Assembly: GCA_048938895.1 (NCBI GenBank)
Contig: JBHLLU010000060.1
Span: forward strand, 1-23,708
DNA length: 23,708 bases
Source: Promethearchaeota archaeon
GTDB taxonomy: Archaea; Asgardarchaeota; Lokiarchaeia; Sigyniarchaeales; SOKP01
Reading direction: 5' to 3'
The notes under the pieces were generated by a model. That model searched no databases. It saw only the letters and a list, made by a program, of their open reading frames with translations, and was not told the DNA's origin. This document shows positions 15,657 to 23,708 of the stretch, one piece after another. Within the stretch, counting starts at the first letter, position 1; each line of letters begins with the position of its first letter. The translations under genes were made by a program, and so were the position numbers.

Positions 15657-17225
15657 TTATTTGTTTTGTGTTGAAATATAAAATCCAGAATCGGATATAT
15701 TATTTGGGTCAAATTCCTCTTTAATTTTCCTAAGCCATATATGATAATTTGACATGTGTGGACCAAAAAGATCATGCATTCTATTACCCTCAACAAAGAA
15801 AGGAGCGCCAAGATGTTTTAATAAATCTAGTTCATTGCTATTTTCCATATATTCAGCCATTCCCTCAACACTATTTTTTTCGGTCTGATCAAACATAGTA
15901 GGGGATTCCATATGAAAATAATGCCCTGATTCGTAGGAAGTCATCCATGTACCTTCACCAAAATCATTAGCAATTACTCCGTTTTTAACAAATTCCTTTT
16001 TCAAAGATATGTTTGATTTTGTACTTCGAAGACAAACTGTTGCTGTGTCTGCAACTCCTTTAGAAGATTGAAATCCTCCTGTGGCTATAAATCCATGTAA
16101 TCCTAGGTTCGATCGTAGTGCTTCAGCATAAAATATAGGATTGGGTGTATAAATTTTTCCAATGATGTTCTTTAGTTTTAATTTTGTAAGTAAGTGTTTC
16201 ATTACTTTCTGCTTGTATTCAAATTCTCGGCTTGTACGCGCAGCGATTAATACCACTAAGGGAGCTTTCATCCTCCCAATAGCGATTTTATCCATTAAAC
16301 TTTCAATTGTATTGGAAAATATTGCCATCACTGCAAAACCTGATAAAAAACTACACATAAAAGAAATTTCTTGTTCCTCTACCTTTAATATGGCAGAATT
16401 AAGTTTTTTGAAATTATTACAGTCCATGACATACAATTTCATATAATCTGGAATTTTAAAATCATAATCAGGAGAGTTTCCATTAACCTTAAAATCTGTT
16501 TCGCATGGATAGGGAAAAAGCTTCACAGCAACCTTAGTGAAGATTCCGAGACCTGATTTTGTACCTGCCCAACCTCTCATAATACCTCTTAATGATGGAC
16601 CAGGACCATCCCCATGATACCAATCTGGATTGTTTTTAAGACCGTATGACCCAAGTTTCATTAGCTCTCCATCTGGTAAGACCCACTCTACAGCCAACAC
16701 ATTTCTTGCGCTATGTCCTGTAGAAGGTGATGTAAATCCTGGGCCATTCATACTCGTAGCACTGGCTAAAGGAGAGACCATTGGACCTGCTCCAGGCATG
16801 TGACAATTAAGACCATATTTCATTATTTCAACTTGAAGTTGAGCACCACTCACGTACGGTTCGATTACAGCATAGAGGTTCTTCTCATCTATTTTTACAA
16901 TTTTATTCATTCGACGGAGATCTATAATTACAGAATTATTGGTTGATGGTTGATTCCAGGGGCCTAACCCTGTTGATTGTGCTTTGCAGGTTATTTTATA
17001 TTTATTACAAATTTTTACAATAGCTTGAACTTCTTCAGAGGATGAGGGCAAAATAACCGCTTTCGGTGTGGGAGAGAATGGTAGTGGTTCCTTACCATCC
17101 ATATAATTAAAAATCTCCATACACCAATTATACGCATAAACATTGGTTATTACATCACCATCATCAATATTACCTTCTCCTACTACCTTTTCAAATTGCT
17201 CAAAAACTTCCTTATCTAAAACCAT
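15657..17225 (-). CDS. FAD-binding oxidoreductase, VAO/PCMH (GlcD-like) family
   Basis: PKAVILPSSSEEVQAIVKICN, IIDLRRMNKIVKIDEKNLYAVIEPYV, RNVLAVEWVLPDGE, GLGIFTK, KIKEEFDPNNI. Confidence 0.9.
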   Translation of the reverse strand: MVLDKEVFEQFEKVVGEGNIDDGDVITNVYAYNWCMEIFNYMDGKEPLPFSPTPKAVILPSSSEEVQAIVKICNKYKITCKAQSTGLGPWNQPSTNNSVIIDLRRMNKIVKIDEKNLYAVIEPYVSGAQLQVEIMKYGLNCHMPGAGPMVSPLASATSMNGPGFTSPSTGHSARNVLAVEWVLPDGELMKLGSYGLKNNPDWYHGDGPGPSLRGIMRGWAGTKSGLGIFTKVAVKLFPYPCETDFKVNGNSPDYDFKIPDYMKLYVMDCNNFKKLNSAILKVEEQEISFMCSFLSGFAVMAIFSNTIESLMDKIAIGRMKAPLVVLIAARTSREFEYKQKVMKHLLTKLKLKNIIGKIYTPNPIFYAEALRSNLGLHGFIATGGFQSSKGVADTATVCLRSTKSNISLKKEFVKNGVIANDFGEGTWMTSYESGHYFHMESPTMFDQTEKNSVEGMAEYMENSNELDLLKHLGAPFFVEGNRMHDLFGPHMSNYHIWLRKIKEEFDPNNISDSGFYISTQNK

Positions 17226-18530
17226 TTAAGTAACCTCCATCGATGATTCTTTAAGCGGTTTAGGTGGTGTTCCGAGTGCCATTAATATCATTTCACTTAT
17301 ATCATAGAATAATAAATTGGAATGCTTTTCATTAATTCCCTCTCTTAAATTAGTAGAACAAAAGGGACATGCTGAAGTAAGAATATTTGCTCCTGTATCC
17401 TCAGCTTCTTCAATTCGATTTTTTGCTGTCTTTATGGCGAAATCTGGGAATGCTGATTTTACTCCCCCACCTGCACCACAACAATATGAAAATTCTCTAT
17501 TCCTTTCCATTTCAACAAAATTCACTCCCGGGATTTTTTTTAAAATTTCTCTCGGGGGTTCATAAATACCCATTTTTCCACATCTTTTAGGTTTCTCAGG
17601 CATATTAATTGAGACTAATGGCATTATTTCTAAAGATTCCCCATCCCATCCATCATAATGTTCTGAATTCCGGCCCAAATGACATGGATCATGATAGGTG
17701 ACGGTATATGGAAGTTCATTGGTTAATTGCAATGAAGAATTAGTGATCAATTCATTAAAAAGTTCAGTAGTATGTTTTAATTTAAATTTAAATTTTCGTT
17801 CGAGGGGATACTCTACTTTGAAGGTATTATAACATCCTGCACAGCTAAAAATAATAGTTTCAATTCCTTCAGCTTCAATAATATCAAGATTTTTGTGTAA
17901 TTGTTTTATAAATGAATCTTTATCTCCAGTTCTTAGAACAGGACTTCCACAACAAAATTCATTGATGTCAAGTATTCTAAATGGATATTTAGCAGCATTT
18001 AAGACACGAGCGGTTGCAATCGCTATTTCTTTTCTCCTATATGAAGAAGTGCATCCTACAAAATAGATCGTCTTTGCAGTAGGATCAATTTTAATATCTT
18101 TTGGGAGCCATTTTACCCTATTTTTATGAGGTTCATTATATGGGTTATGATTATTCCTTACAGCATTAATATATTGTTGCTGTTTTGGCATTGGTCCATA
18201 GCCCGAAGAAACCAATTTTTCTCTGAGTTTTCCTATAATTTCAAGTGGTTCTAATGTATTTAAGAATTTACAAGATATAGCACAACCTCCACATTCAGTA
18301 CATTTATATACAATGTCACGCACTTCTTCTGAAGGTTGAAGTCTTCCCATTTCCAAGGCAAGGGCTAAAATAATGCGTCCCCCACCACTATAGACATGAT
18401 AGTTAAATAAATCTATAGAAGGACAAATACTTGCATATTTTTTACTTTTAATTTGCAATTGTGGGATCCATTTACAAATTGAGCAACGAAGACAACGTTT
18501 GATCATTTGTTGATATTCTTTTTCATCCAA
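17226..18530 (-). CDS. Fe-S oxidoreductase, HdrD/GlpC/GlcF-like (two N-terminal 4Fe-4S motifs + two CCG domains)
   Basis: CLRCSIC...CPS and CTECGGCAISC; YFVGC...FCCGS...SCAGC and YHDPCHLGR...YCCGAGGG...SACPFC. TTG start; the stop abuts the next ATG (TAAATG). Confidence 0.92.
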   Translation of the reverse strand: MDEKEYQQMIKRCLRCSICKWIPQLQIKSKKYASICPSIDLFNYHVYSGGGRIILALALEMGRLQPSEEVRDIVYKCTECGGCAISCKFLNTLEPLEIIGKLREKLVSSGYGPMPKQQQYINAVRNNHNPYNEPHKNRVKWLPKDIKIDPTAKTIYFVGCTSSYRRKEIAIATARVLNAAKYPFRILDINEFCCGSPVLRTGDKDSFIKQLHKNLDIIEAEGIETIIFSCAGCYNTFKVEYPLERKFKFKLKHTTELFNELITNSSLQLTNELPYTVTYHDPCHLGRNSEHYDGWDGESLEIMPLVSINMPEKPKRCGKMGIYEPPREILKKIPGVNFVEMERNREFSYCCGAGGGVKSAFPDFAIKTAKNRIEEAEDTGANILTSACPFCSTNLREGINEKHSNLLFYDISEMILMALGTPPKPLKESSMEVT

Positions 18531-18670
18531 CGAGATAAAAATTCCCCTAGTGATTCTAAATTATTATAATTCACTTAAAAATCTTCAATTCCTAATGAAT
18601 TAGAGTAATTTTCAATTGAATTTATACTTATTTTTAGATATATATAAGAAAGATAAGAAAGATTGAAAAC

Positions 18671-19543
18671 CTAATCAATTTCCAACAATTGTTCCCAGTA
18701 GTCTTTTACATCCCATTCCTTATTTGCCTTAATTTTAGAAGCGAATTTACTGAGAACGTCTCTAATCATTTTAGATTGTAAATAATGAGAATTTGGAGTA
18801 ATAGCACACAACATGAAACTACCTCCATTGTTTTGTGAACCATTTTCTAATTTATCTACTAAGGCATAAGCATCTACTAAATCCCTTACCACTCTAAGTG
18901 TAAATTGGCTTGATTCTGACAGTTCTTCAAATTTGTACATTTTTATAAGGGTAGAATATAGTTGAGTTGTAAGATTTCTAAGATTCAGTGATGGAATTTC
19001 GTTTTTAGGAAAATAGTCTTTTATAATCGGTTCAGATTCATCATTCCATACCAAATAGTAAAGATAAAAAAAGTCAGCTCTTCGGTGGATTTTTAAGGAA
19101 GGCTCTTCAAATTTTAATATTTCCTTTAGTTCCTCTTCTAAAATCTCTGATTCTTTACTCCTTTCTAGGTGTCTCTTGATAGTTTTATTAATTTTTTTCA
19201 ATAATTCTTTAGCTTTAAAGGGTTTGGTGATATAATCATCTGCTCCAAGCATTTTCCCAAATCTTACATCATCAGGTTCAGCTTTACCTGATAAAAAGAA
19301 GAAGGGAATTCTTGACCACTCAGTATTTTCTGCGACTTTCATGTAGAAGTCATATCCATCCATTTCGGGCATAAGTATGTCACTTATAATGACATCTGGA
19401 AGCTGTTCAAGTTTTGAAAGAAGTTCTAATCCTTTTTTTCCATTAGAAGATGATACTAAATTAATATTATGCATTTCCATAAATAATTTTAAATTTTGTA
19501 CAAGTACATCATCATCCTCGATTAAGAAGATATTATATTCCAT
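18671..19543 (-). CDS. Response regulator: receiver domain fused to a predicted longin/uDENN-like output domain
   Basis: REC: IEDD, phospho-acceptor D55 in DVIISDILMPEMDG, S85, K107 in GADDYITKPF. The C-terminal ~130 aa show a beta-beta-alpha-beta-beta-beta-alpha-alpha pattern starting YLYYLVWNDESEPIIKDYFP. REC call is firm; longin call is inferred. Confidence 0.85.
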   Translation of the reverse strand: MEYNIFLIEDDDVLVQNLKLFMEMHNINLVSSSNGKKGLELLSKLEQLPDVIISDILMPEMDGYDFYMKVAENTEWSRIPFFFLSGKAEPDDVRFGKMLGADDYITKPFKAKELLKKINKTIKRHLERSKESEILEEELKEILKFEEPSLKIHRRADFFYLYYLVWNDESEPIIKDYFPKNEIPSLNLRNLTTQLYSTLIKMYKFEELSESSQFTLRVVRDLVDAYALVDKLENGSQNNGGSFMLCAITPNSHYLQSKMIRDVLSKFASKIKANKEWDVKDYWEQLLEID

Positions 19544-19660
19544 AATTCATAACCACAATTGCTTAAAATAGTACTATTTTGACTCTCCTATAATAAAAGA
19601 AAGATTATTTAATATTTATGAAAATGAAAAGCATTTAAAACCTTAAAATTTAAAAATTTT

Positions 19661-21118
19661 TTAATAGTCCTCAAAACATAAAACCCCGGGATTTAACACA
19701 TTATTAGGATCAAAAATCTTTTTTACTTTTCTGAGGGCTATTTGAGTTGATTCTTCATGCCTTTTAAAGACTTCTTTAGCCCAAAAACTGTATGGCCTAT
19801 TAAAGAAAGCACCCTTATCCATAAGTTTAATACTTAGTTCCATGAATTTTTTATTAATAATTCCTTTATCTCTAAGATTATAGAATATATTAAATTCGCA
19901 GTGATAGGATGTTCCTTGATTGATAGCTTGAATATAAATTCCAAGGTCATTAGAGATCTCATTTTCTACCATGGCTATAAAATCGATTATCTTCTCATAA
20001 TTAGTAATAAAGAAAATATCTTGAAAGCTTTCCTTTAATCTTGTTCTCCAGGGATGCTGAGTTGAGCAATTTAATGCTTTAAGTATCTCATCTTCATTTA
20101 TCACACTCTCTCTTTTTAAATGATCAAGATTTAGATTTCTCAATATTTCGTTAAAATCTCCTTCTTGGTATTTTATCTTATCCTCTGCTAATGTTCCTTG
20201 GCCTGCTAATATTAAAATTAAGTTCCACTTATCTAAAGATTTACTAAATTCTTTAATATCTTGAGGTTGCATTCTCAGTAAACAAGCTAAATTAATGTTA
20301 TTTAAAATTAATAGCTCATCACCTAATCGATATTTTAATAATTGTTGCTGCAAAGTTAATAAATCCTGTAAATTTTCTGATTGAAGATGGATAACTTTAC
20401 TAATTGTAGGTAAAAGCTCTAATTTAAGAGTAGCCCAAGTTACTATCCCTAAACTTCCTTGAGCTCCTTGAATTAACCTAAAAGGACTAAATTGAGTCGG
20501 TCCCATAGGATTTACCTGTGCTTGACCTGATTTTTGTTGTTGCTTAATTGTTCCAGGACCTGCAGCAGTACCAGTTCTAAATAGATCTCCGGTTCCAAAA
20601 ACAACTTCAGTACACAATAGTGGATCAGAACTATCCCATTGATATCGGGGGATTGTTGTTGGAACTCTTTCAAGTGCTGAGGTAAGTACAGATTTACTAT
20701 TTCTCGGATGGAGTGGGATTAAAAGTCTCAACCCTTTTTTTTGGAGAAGGGGAATGATTTGTCCAAATGAGACACCAGATTCAACCATAATAACTCTATT
20801 TTTTCTATCGATATTCAAGACTTTATTCATCCTAGAAAGATCTAGTATAATGCAATTATCCCGTAATGGGATCGTATCCCCATGATAGCGTATAGGTGAA
20901 TTAGAACTTACGGGAATTATTGAAAATCCAATATTATTCGCTAGTTTTAAAATTCTCTCGATCTGATTTCCCCTGTTTGTCCAAACTATATATTTAGGTT
21001 TGTGACCTTCGACAAAACTTAAATCTGAAGAAAATTTTTCTAATAATTCATTTTTATTAGATACAAATTTCGATCCACAGATCTTAACTAGATTTTGGTA
21101 AATCTGATCATCATTCAT
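19661..21118 (-). CDS. FAD-binding oxidoreductase, VAO/PCMH (GlcD/GlcE-like) family, second paralog
   Basis: IILDLSRMNKVLNIDRKNRVIMVESGV, EVVFGTGDLFRTG, GAQGSLGIVT, FFNRPY, KKIFDPNNVLNPG. Confidence 0.9.
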   Translation of the reverse strand: MNDDQIYQNLVKICGSKFVSNKNELLEKFSSDLSFVEGHKPKYIVWTNRGNQIERILKLANNIGFSIIPVSSNSPIRYHGDTIPLRDNCIILDLSRMNKVLNIDRKNRVIMVESGVSFGQIIPLLQKKGLRLLIPLHPRNSKSVLTSALERVPTTIPRYQWDSSDPLLCTEVVFGTGDLFRTGTAAGPGTIKQQQKSGQAQVNPMGPTQFSPFRLIQGAQGSLGIVTWATLKLELLPTISKVIHLQSENLQDLLTLQQQLLKYRLGDELLILNNINLACLLRMQPQDIKEFSKSLDKWNLILILAGQGTLAEDKIKYQEGDFNEILRNLNLDHLKRESVINEDEILKALNCSTQHPWRTRLKESFQDIFFITNYEKIIDFIAMVENEISNDLGIYIQAINQGTSYHCEFNIFYNLRDKGIINKKFMELSIKLMDKGAFFNRPYSFWAKEVFKRHEESTQIALRKVKKIFDPNNVLNPGVLCFEDY

Positions 21119-21149
21119 GATTAAATTTATTTATCTAATATCTCTTGGT

Positions 21150-21165
21150 TGGAAAAATATTTCCA
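21150..21165. promoter_or_regulatory. Inverted repeat TGGAAA-N4-TTTCCA in a divergent promoter; possible operator
   Basis: tggaaa aata tttcca lies between the divergent flavoprotein (21118) and FixC-like (21266) starts. Short, so it could be chance. Confidence 0.3.
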
Positions 21166-21265
21166 TCTATTAAGATATTTTCATTAAAAAACTAAATTTT
21201 TAAATATCTCATGAGCATTATTTAACAAATATTATTTCTAAAAGATTTTTAAAAAGGAAATTCAA

Positions 21266-22666
21266 ATGAAAAATTTTGATTTAATTATCGTTGGTGCTGG
21301 ACCAGGAGGTTCGATGGCAGCTAAAATTGCGGCAGAGAAAGGATTAAAAACAATTTTTTTTGAGCGTGGTCGTAAGCCAGGTGAAAAAAATTCATCAGGA
21401 TGCGGTTTAGGACCACGTATGTTTAGAGATTTTCCTGCAATGATGAAAGAATTGACTCCTGATAAGTGTCCTTCAATGAGAGCTGGAACTGCCTCACGTA
21501 ATTATTTTATAAATAAAGATGATATTGTGGCAGGTTATATTATGGCTCGACCTACAGAATCAGTATCATACGAACCTGCAAAATCATGGATTACCATGAA
21601 TGTGTATCGTAGTGAGTTTGACCCATGGATTGCTCAATTTGCTATAGATGCTGGTGCTGAGTTAAAGACTTCAACGTTGATTGTTGATTTAATGAAAGAA
21701 AACGGTAAAGTTTGTGGCGTGATTGATGAAAAAGGAGAAAAATATGGAGCTCCTCTTGTTATTGGCGCAGATGGTGTTATATCAACTGTAGCACAAAAAT
21801 CTGGATTGAGAACAAAATGGCAACAGAATCAAGTCACATTAGTACCGCAATATGATTTTTATGCTCCTTCAGAAAAAATTGATGATATAATGGGTGATGA
21901 AACATTAGGGATATGGTGGGGATCAACCTTTCCATCTTCATATCAAGTTTTTTTTAATGATGGATTTCATCAAGGATTAGGCAACTGGATGAATTGGTGG
22001 GATAAAAATCCGCTATATTATTTAAACCGCGTAATTAATCTTAAATATTACCAGAGATTGCTAAAAATTCTTGATGCCAAACCACGTGAACTTCAGGCAC
22101 ACCTACTTCCTTGGTTAGATTATCCTTATAATACTCACGGTGATGGTATTATATTAATTGGAGATGCTGGGGGGTTTCCATGCCCCCTTGAGGCAGAAGG
22201 AATATATCCTGCGATGGTAACAGGAAAAATAGCGGCAGAGGTAGCCTCTGACTTCATACCCTCTGGGGATGTATCTATCGCAAATCTTAAAAAGTTTGAT
22301 GAAAATTGGCAAAAAACTAGTATTGGAAAAGAGTTTGAGGCTGGTTTTGAGTTATGGAAAATATGGAAAGCTTTACCGTTTAGCCCTAAAGAAACGATGT
22401 CTTGGTTTGTTCCTATGATAATGGAAATTATTGGAGGAATATTTGATTGGTCACAACCTCATACTAAAAGAGTACATCAAATCATAAGTCATGTCAAATC
22501 ATATATGCCTAAAGCGACGCCATTTATAATGGCATACGTACTTCCTTTATTAACCAAGGTTTTTGAAGATGATTTAGATAAATTAATGGATCCTAAGAAG
22601 ATTATAAAAGTTTTACCTAAACTTTTAGAAATGCTCCCACAGAAAAAGAAGAAAAGAGGTGCTTAA
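21266..22666 (+). CDS. FAD-dependent oxidoreductase, FixC / geranylgeranyl reductase family
   Basis: GAGPGG dinucleotide fold, FixC-like ERGRKPGEKNSSG, RSEFDPW, IGADGVIS, GGR-like GDAGGFPCPLEAEGIYPAM. Confidence 0.88.
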   Translation: MKNFDLIIVGAGPGGSMAAKIAAEKGLKTIFFERGRKPGEKNSSGCGLGPRMFRDFPAMMKELTPDKCPSMRAGTASRNYFINKDDIVAGYIMARPTESVSYEPAKSWITMNVYRSEFDPWIAQFAIDAGAELKTSTLIVDLMKENGKVCGVIDEKGEKYGAPLVIGADGVISTVAQKSGLRTKWQQNQVTLVPQYDFYAPSEKIDDIMGDETLGIWWGSTFPSSYQVFFNDGFHQGLGNWMNWWDKNPLYYLNRVINLKYYQRLLKILDAKPRELQAHLLPWLDYPYNTHGDGIILIGDAGGFPCPLEAEGIYPAMVTGKIAAEVASDFIPSGDVSIANLKKFDENWQKTSIGKEFEAGFELWKIWKALPFSPKETMSWFVPMIMEIIGGIFDWSQPHTKRVHQIISHVKSYMPKATPFIMAYVLPLLTKVFEDDLDKLMDPKKIIKVLPKLLEMLPQKKKKRGA

Positions 22667-22672
22667 CAAGAA

Positions 22673-22942
22673 ATGAATATAGAATTAGAAGGATTAACTA
22701 AGCGAAATCCAGGTACAGGTAACTTCATTTCAATAGATTATAATAAATGTAATAAATGTGGCCGTTGTTTAATTATATGTGTTATGAATTTATGGCACAA
22801 AAAAGAAGGAAAAATCTATATTACTGACGATTATCAACTGAAATGCTTAGAATGTGCTGCTTGTTACCAAGTATGTGATGCTGGTGCAATATTATTTCAA
22901 TATCCTAAAGGTGGTACAGGAATAATAATTGAAAAAGGGTAA
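22673..22942 (+). CDS. fixX: FixX-like 2x[4Fe-4S] ferredoxin
   Basis: CNKCGRCLIIC and CLECAACYQVC, plus the C-terminal YPKGGTGI...G signature of FixX. Starts 6 nt after the FixC-like gene. Confidence 0.8.
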   Translation: MNIELEGLTKRNPGTGNFISIDYNKCNKCGRCLIICVMNLWHKKEGKIYITDDYQLKCLECAACYQVCDAGAILFQYPKGGTGIIIEKG

Positions 22943-22969
22943 AAATCATGTAACCTAAATAAAGAAGAT

Positions 22970-22990
22970 AACAAACAAAAAAAAAAAGAA
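22970..22990 (-). terminator. T-tract terminator downstream of tfb
   Basis: A10 run at 22977-22986 in an A-rich stretch, i.e. oligo-T on the - strand just after the TAA. Confidence 0.5.
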
Positions 22991-22996
22991 ATTCTA

Positions 22997-23708
22997 TTAG
23001 ACCTTTAATTTTAATTTAGTCTTCAATTCTTTATATCTTGATCGTAGAGTTACTTCTGTCACCCCTATTGAATTTACAATCTGTTGTTGGGTGAGTTCTA
23101 AGTCTTTAATCCTACTTGCTAAATATATCGCTCCTGCACATAAACCTTTAGGGTCCTTTCCGCTGATTGAGAAATTATTTATATAAGTTCTTAAAATTTT
23201 CTTGGTCAATGCTTCAATTTCCGAATCCAATTCCAAATCTGATATATATCGTGGAACAAGGGTAACTGGATCGGTTGATTGCGTTTTAAGATTCATTTCA
23301 CGTGTTAATACACTAATACATCTTCTTACATCTTTAGCTGATACAGAAGCTTCTTCTAATATTTCTAGAAGTGTTCTTGGAATATCTTTTTGTCTAGTAG
23401 CTAAATATAAACAGGCAGCAACCATAGCATTAATGGATCTTCCTCGAAGTAATTTTCTCTTAAATGCTTCGATATATAGCCGCATACCTTCTTCTTTTAT
23501 GTGATTAGGTAGATTTAGATTACTAGCAATTCTTTTCAACTCAGTAGAAGCGATTAATAAATTACGTTTTTGCCAAGTTATACGTGTATTCCATTTAGCA
23601 GCCCTTTTTAAATCAGGATTATTTATTTGACTTTTATCAATTACAGTACTTAATCCCATATCTGGTAATAAAATCGAAATTGGAGCCCCAGTCTGCTCCC
23701 TAGAATTT
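22997..23708 (-). CDS. tfb: Transcription initiation factor IIB (TFB), 3' part; 5' end lies outside the window
   Basis: The frame stays open to the edge (NSREQTGAPISILLPDMGLSTVID, B-reader/linker-like). Two cyclin repeats with LLRGRSINAMVAACLY and SGKDPKGLCAGAIY; C-terminal HTH GVTEVTLRSRYKEL. Confidence 0.95.
   Translation of the reverse strand, partial: NSREQTGAPISILLPDMGLSTVIDKSQINNPDLKRAAKWNTRITWQKRNLLIASTELKRIASNLNLPNHIKEEGMRLYIEAFKRKLLRGRSINAMVAACLYLATRQKDIPRTLLEILEEASVSAKDVRRCISVLTREMNLKTQSTDPVTLVPRYISDLELDSEIEALTKKILRTYINNFSISGKDPKGLCAGAIYLASRIKDLELTQQQIVNSIGVTEVTLRSRYKELKTKLKLKV

Noticed and set aside
15632-15811. 60-aa N-terminal extension of the SCP2-like ORF
   Set aside because: It overlaps the 3' end of the flavoprotein gene by about 155 nt in another frame; ATG 15631 gives a normal single-domain size.
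17226-18530. Evidence of methanogenesis (true HdrD)
   Set aside because: CCG-domain proteins are widespread; here the gene is coupled to a GlcD-like flavoprotein, with no hdrE or mcr genes in the window.
15657-21118. Alkyl-DHAP synthase or D-lactate dehydrogenase calls for the two flavoproteins
   Set aside because: Neither has the C-terminal HHG/EHG histidine motif those enzymes require.
1958-23504. Short overlapping ORFs in the track (e.g. 1958..2278, 3382..3606, 3745..3933, 4312..4524, 7102..7359, 7260..7571, 8193..8507, 9182..9505, 12939..13214, 14490..14702, 14922..15107, 15462..15674, 16162..16446, 17317..17565, 17387..17590, 19377..19571, 23202..23504)
   Set aside because: All lie antisense to well-supported genes and show no independent motifs.

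Overview
AT-rich archaeal genomic window, most consistent with an Asgard archaeon of the Lokiarchaeia type. This is inferred from archaeal TFB and RFC genes, GGTGA/GGAG-like ribosome-binding sites, T-tract terminators, many lipid/peptide catabolic genes and a eukaryote-like longin domain. In order it contains: the 5' end of a family-5 ABC substrate-binding protein; a ~1 kb non-coding region with repeats and hairpins (candidate replication origin or regulatory hub); a 4xCxxC zinc-ribbon protein; a GNAT-rfcS-rfcS2-rfcL operon encoding a three-subunit clamp loader whose second small subunit is catalytically degenerate, like eukaryotic Rfc5; a hypothetical protein; a second GNAT; a fold-type III PLP enzyme; an ECF S component; an HSL esterase; a crotonase; PepT; an MFS transporter; a leucine-zipper + winged-helix protein; a flavin/Fe-S cluster with lipid-binding partners (CCG Fe-S protein, two VAO/PCMH-type flavoproteins, SCP2, CrtC-like protein, FixC/GGR-like protein + FixX); a receiver domain fused to a predicted longin/uDENN domain; and the 3' part of a TFB gene. 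No rRNA, tRNA, CRISPR array or transposase was recognised. All family calls come from motif recognition by eye, not database searches.
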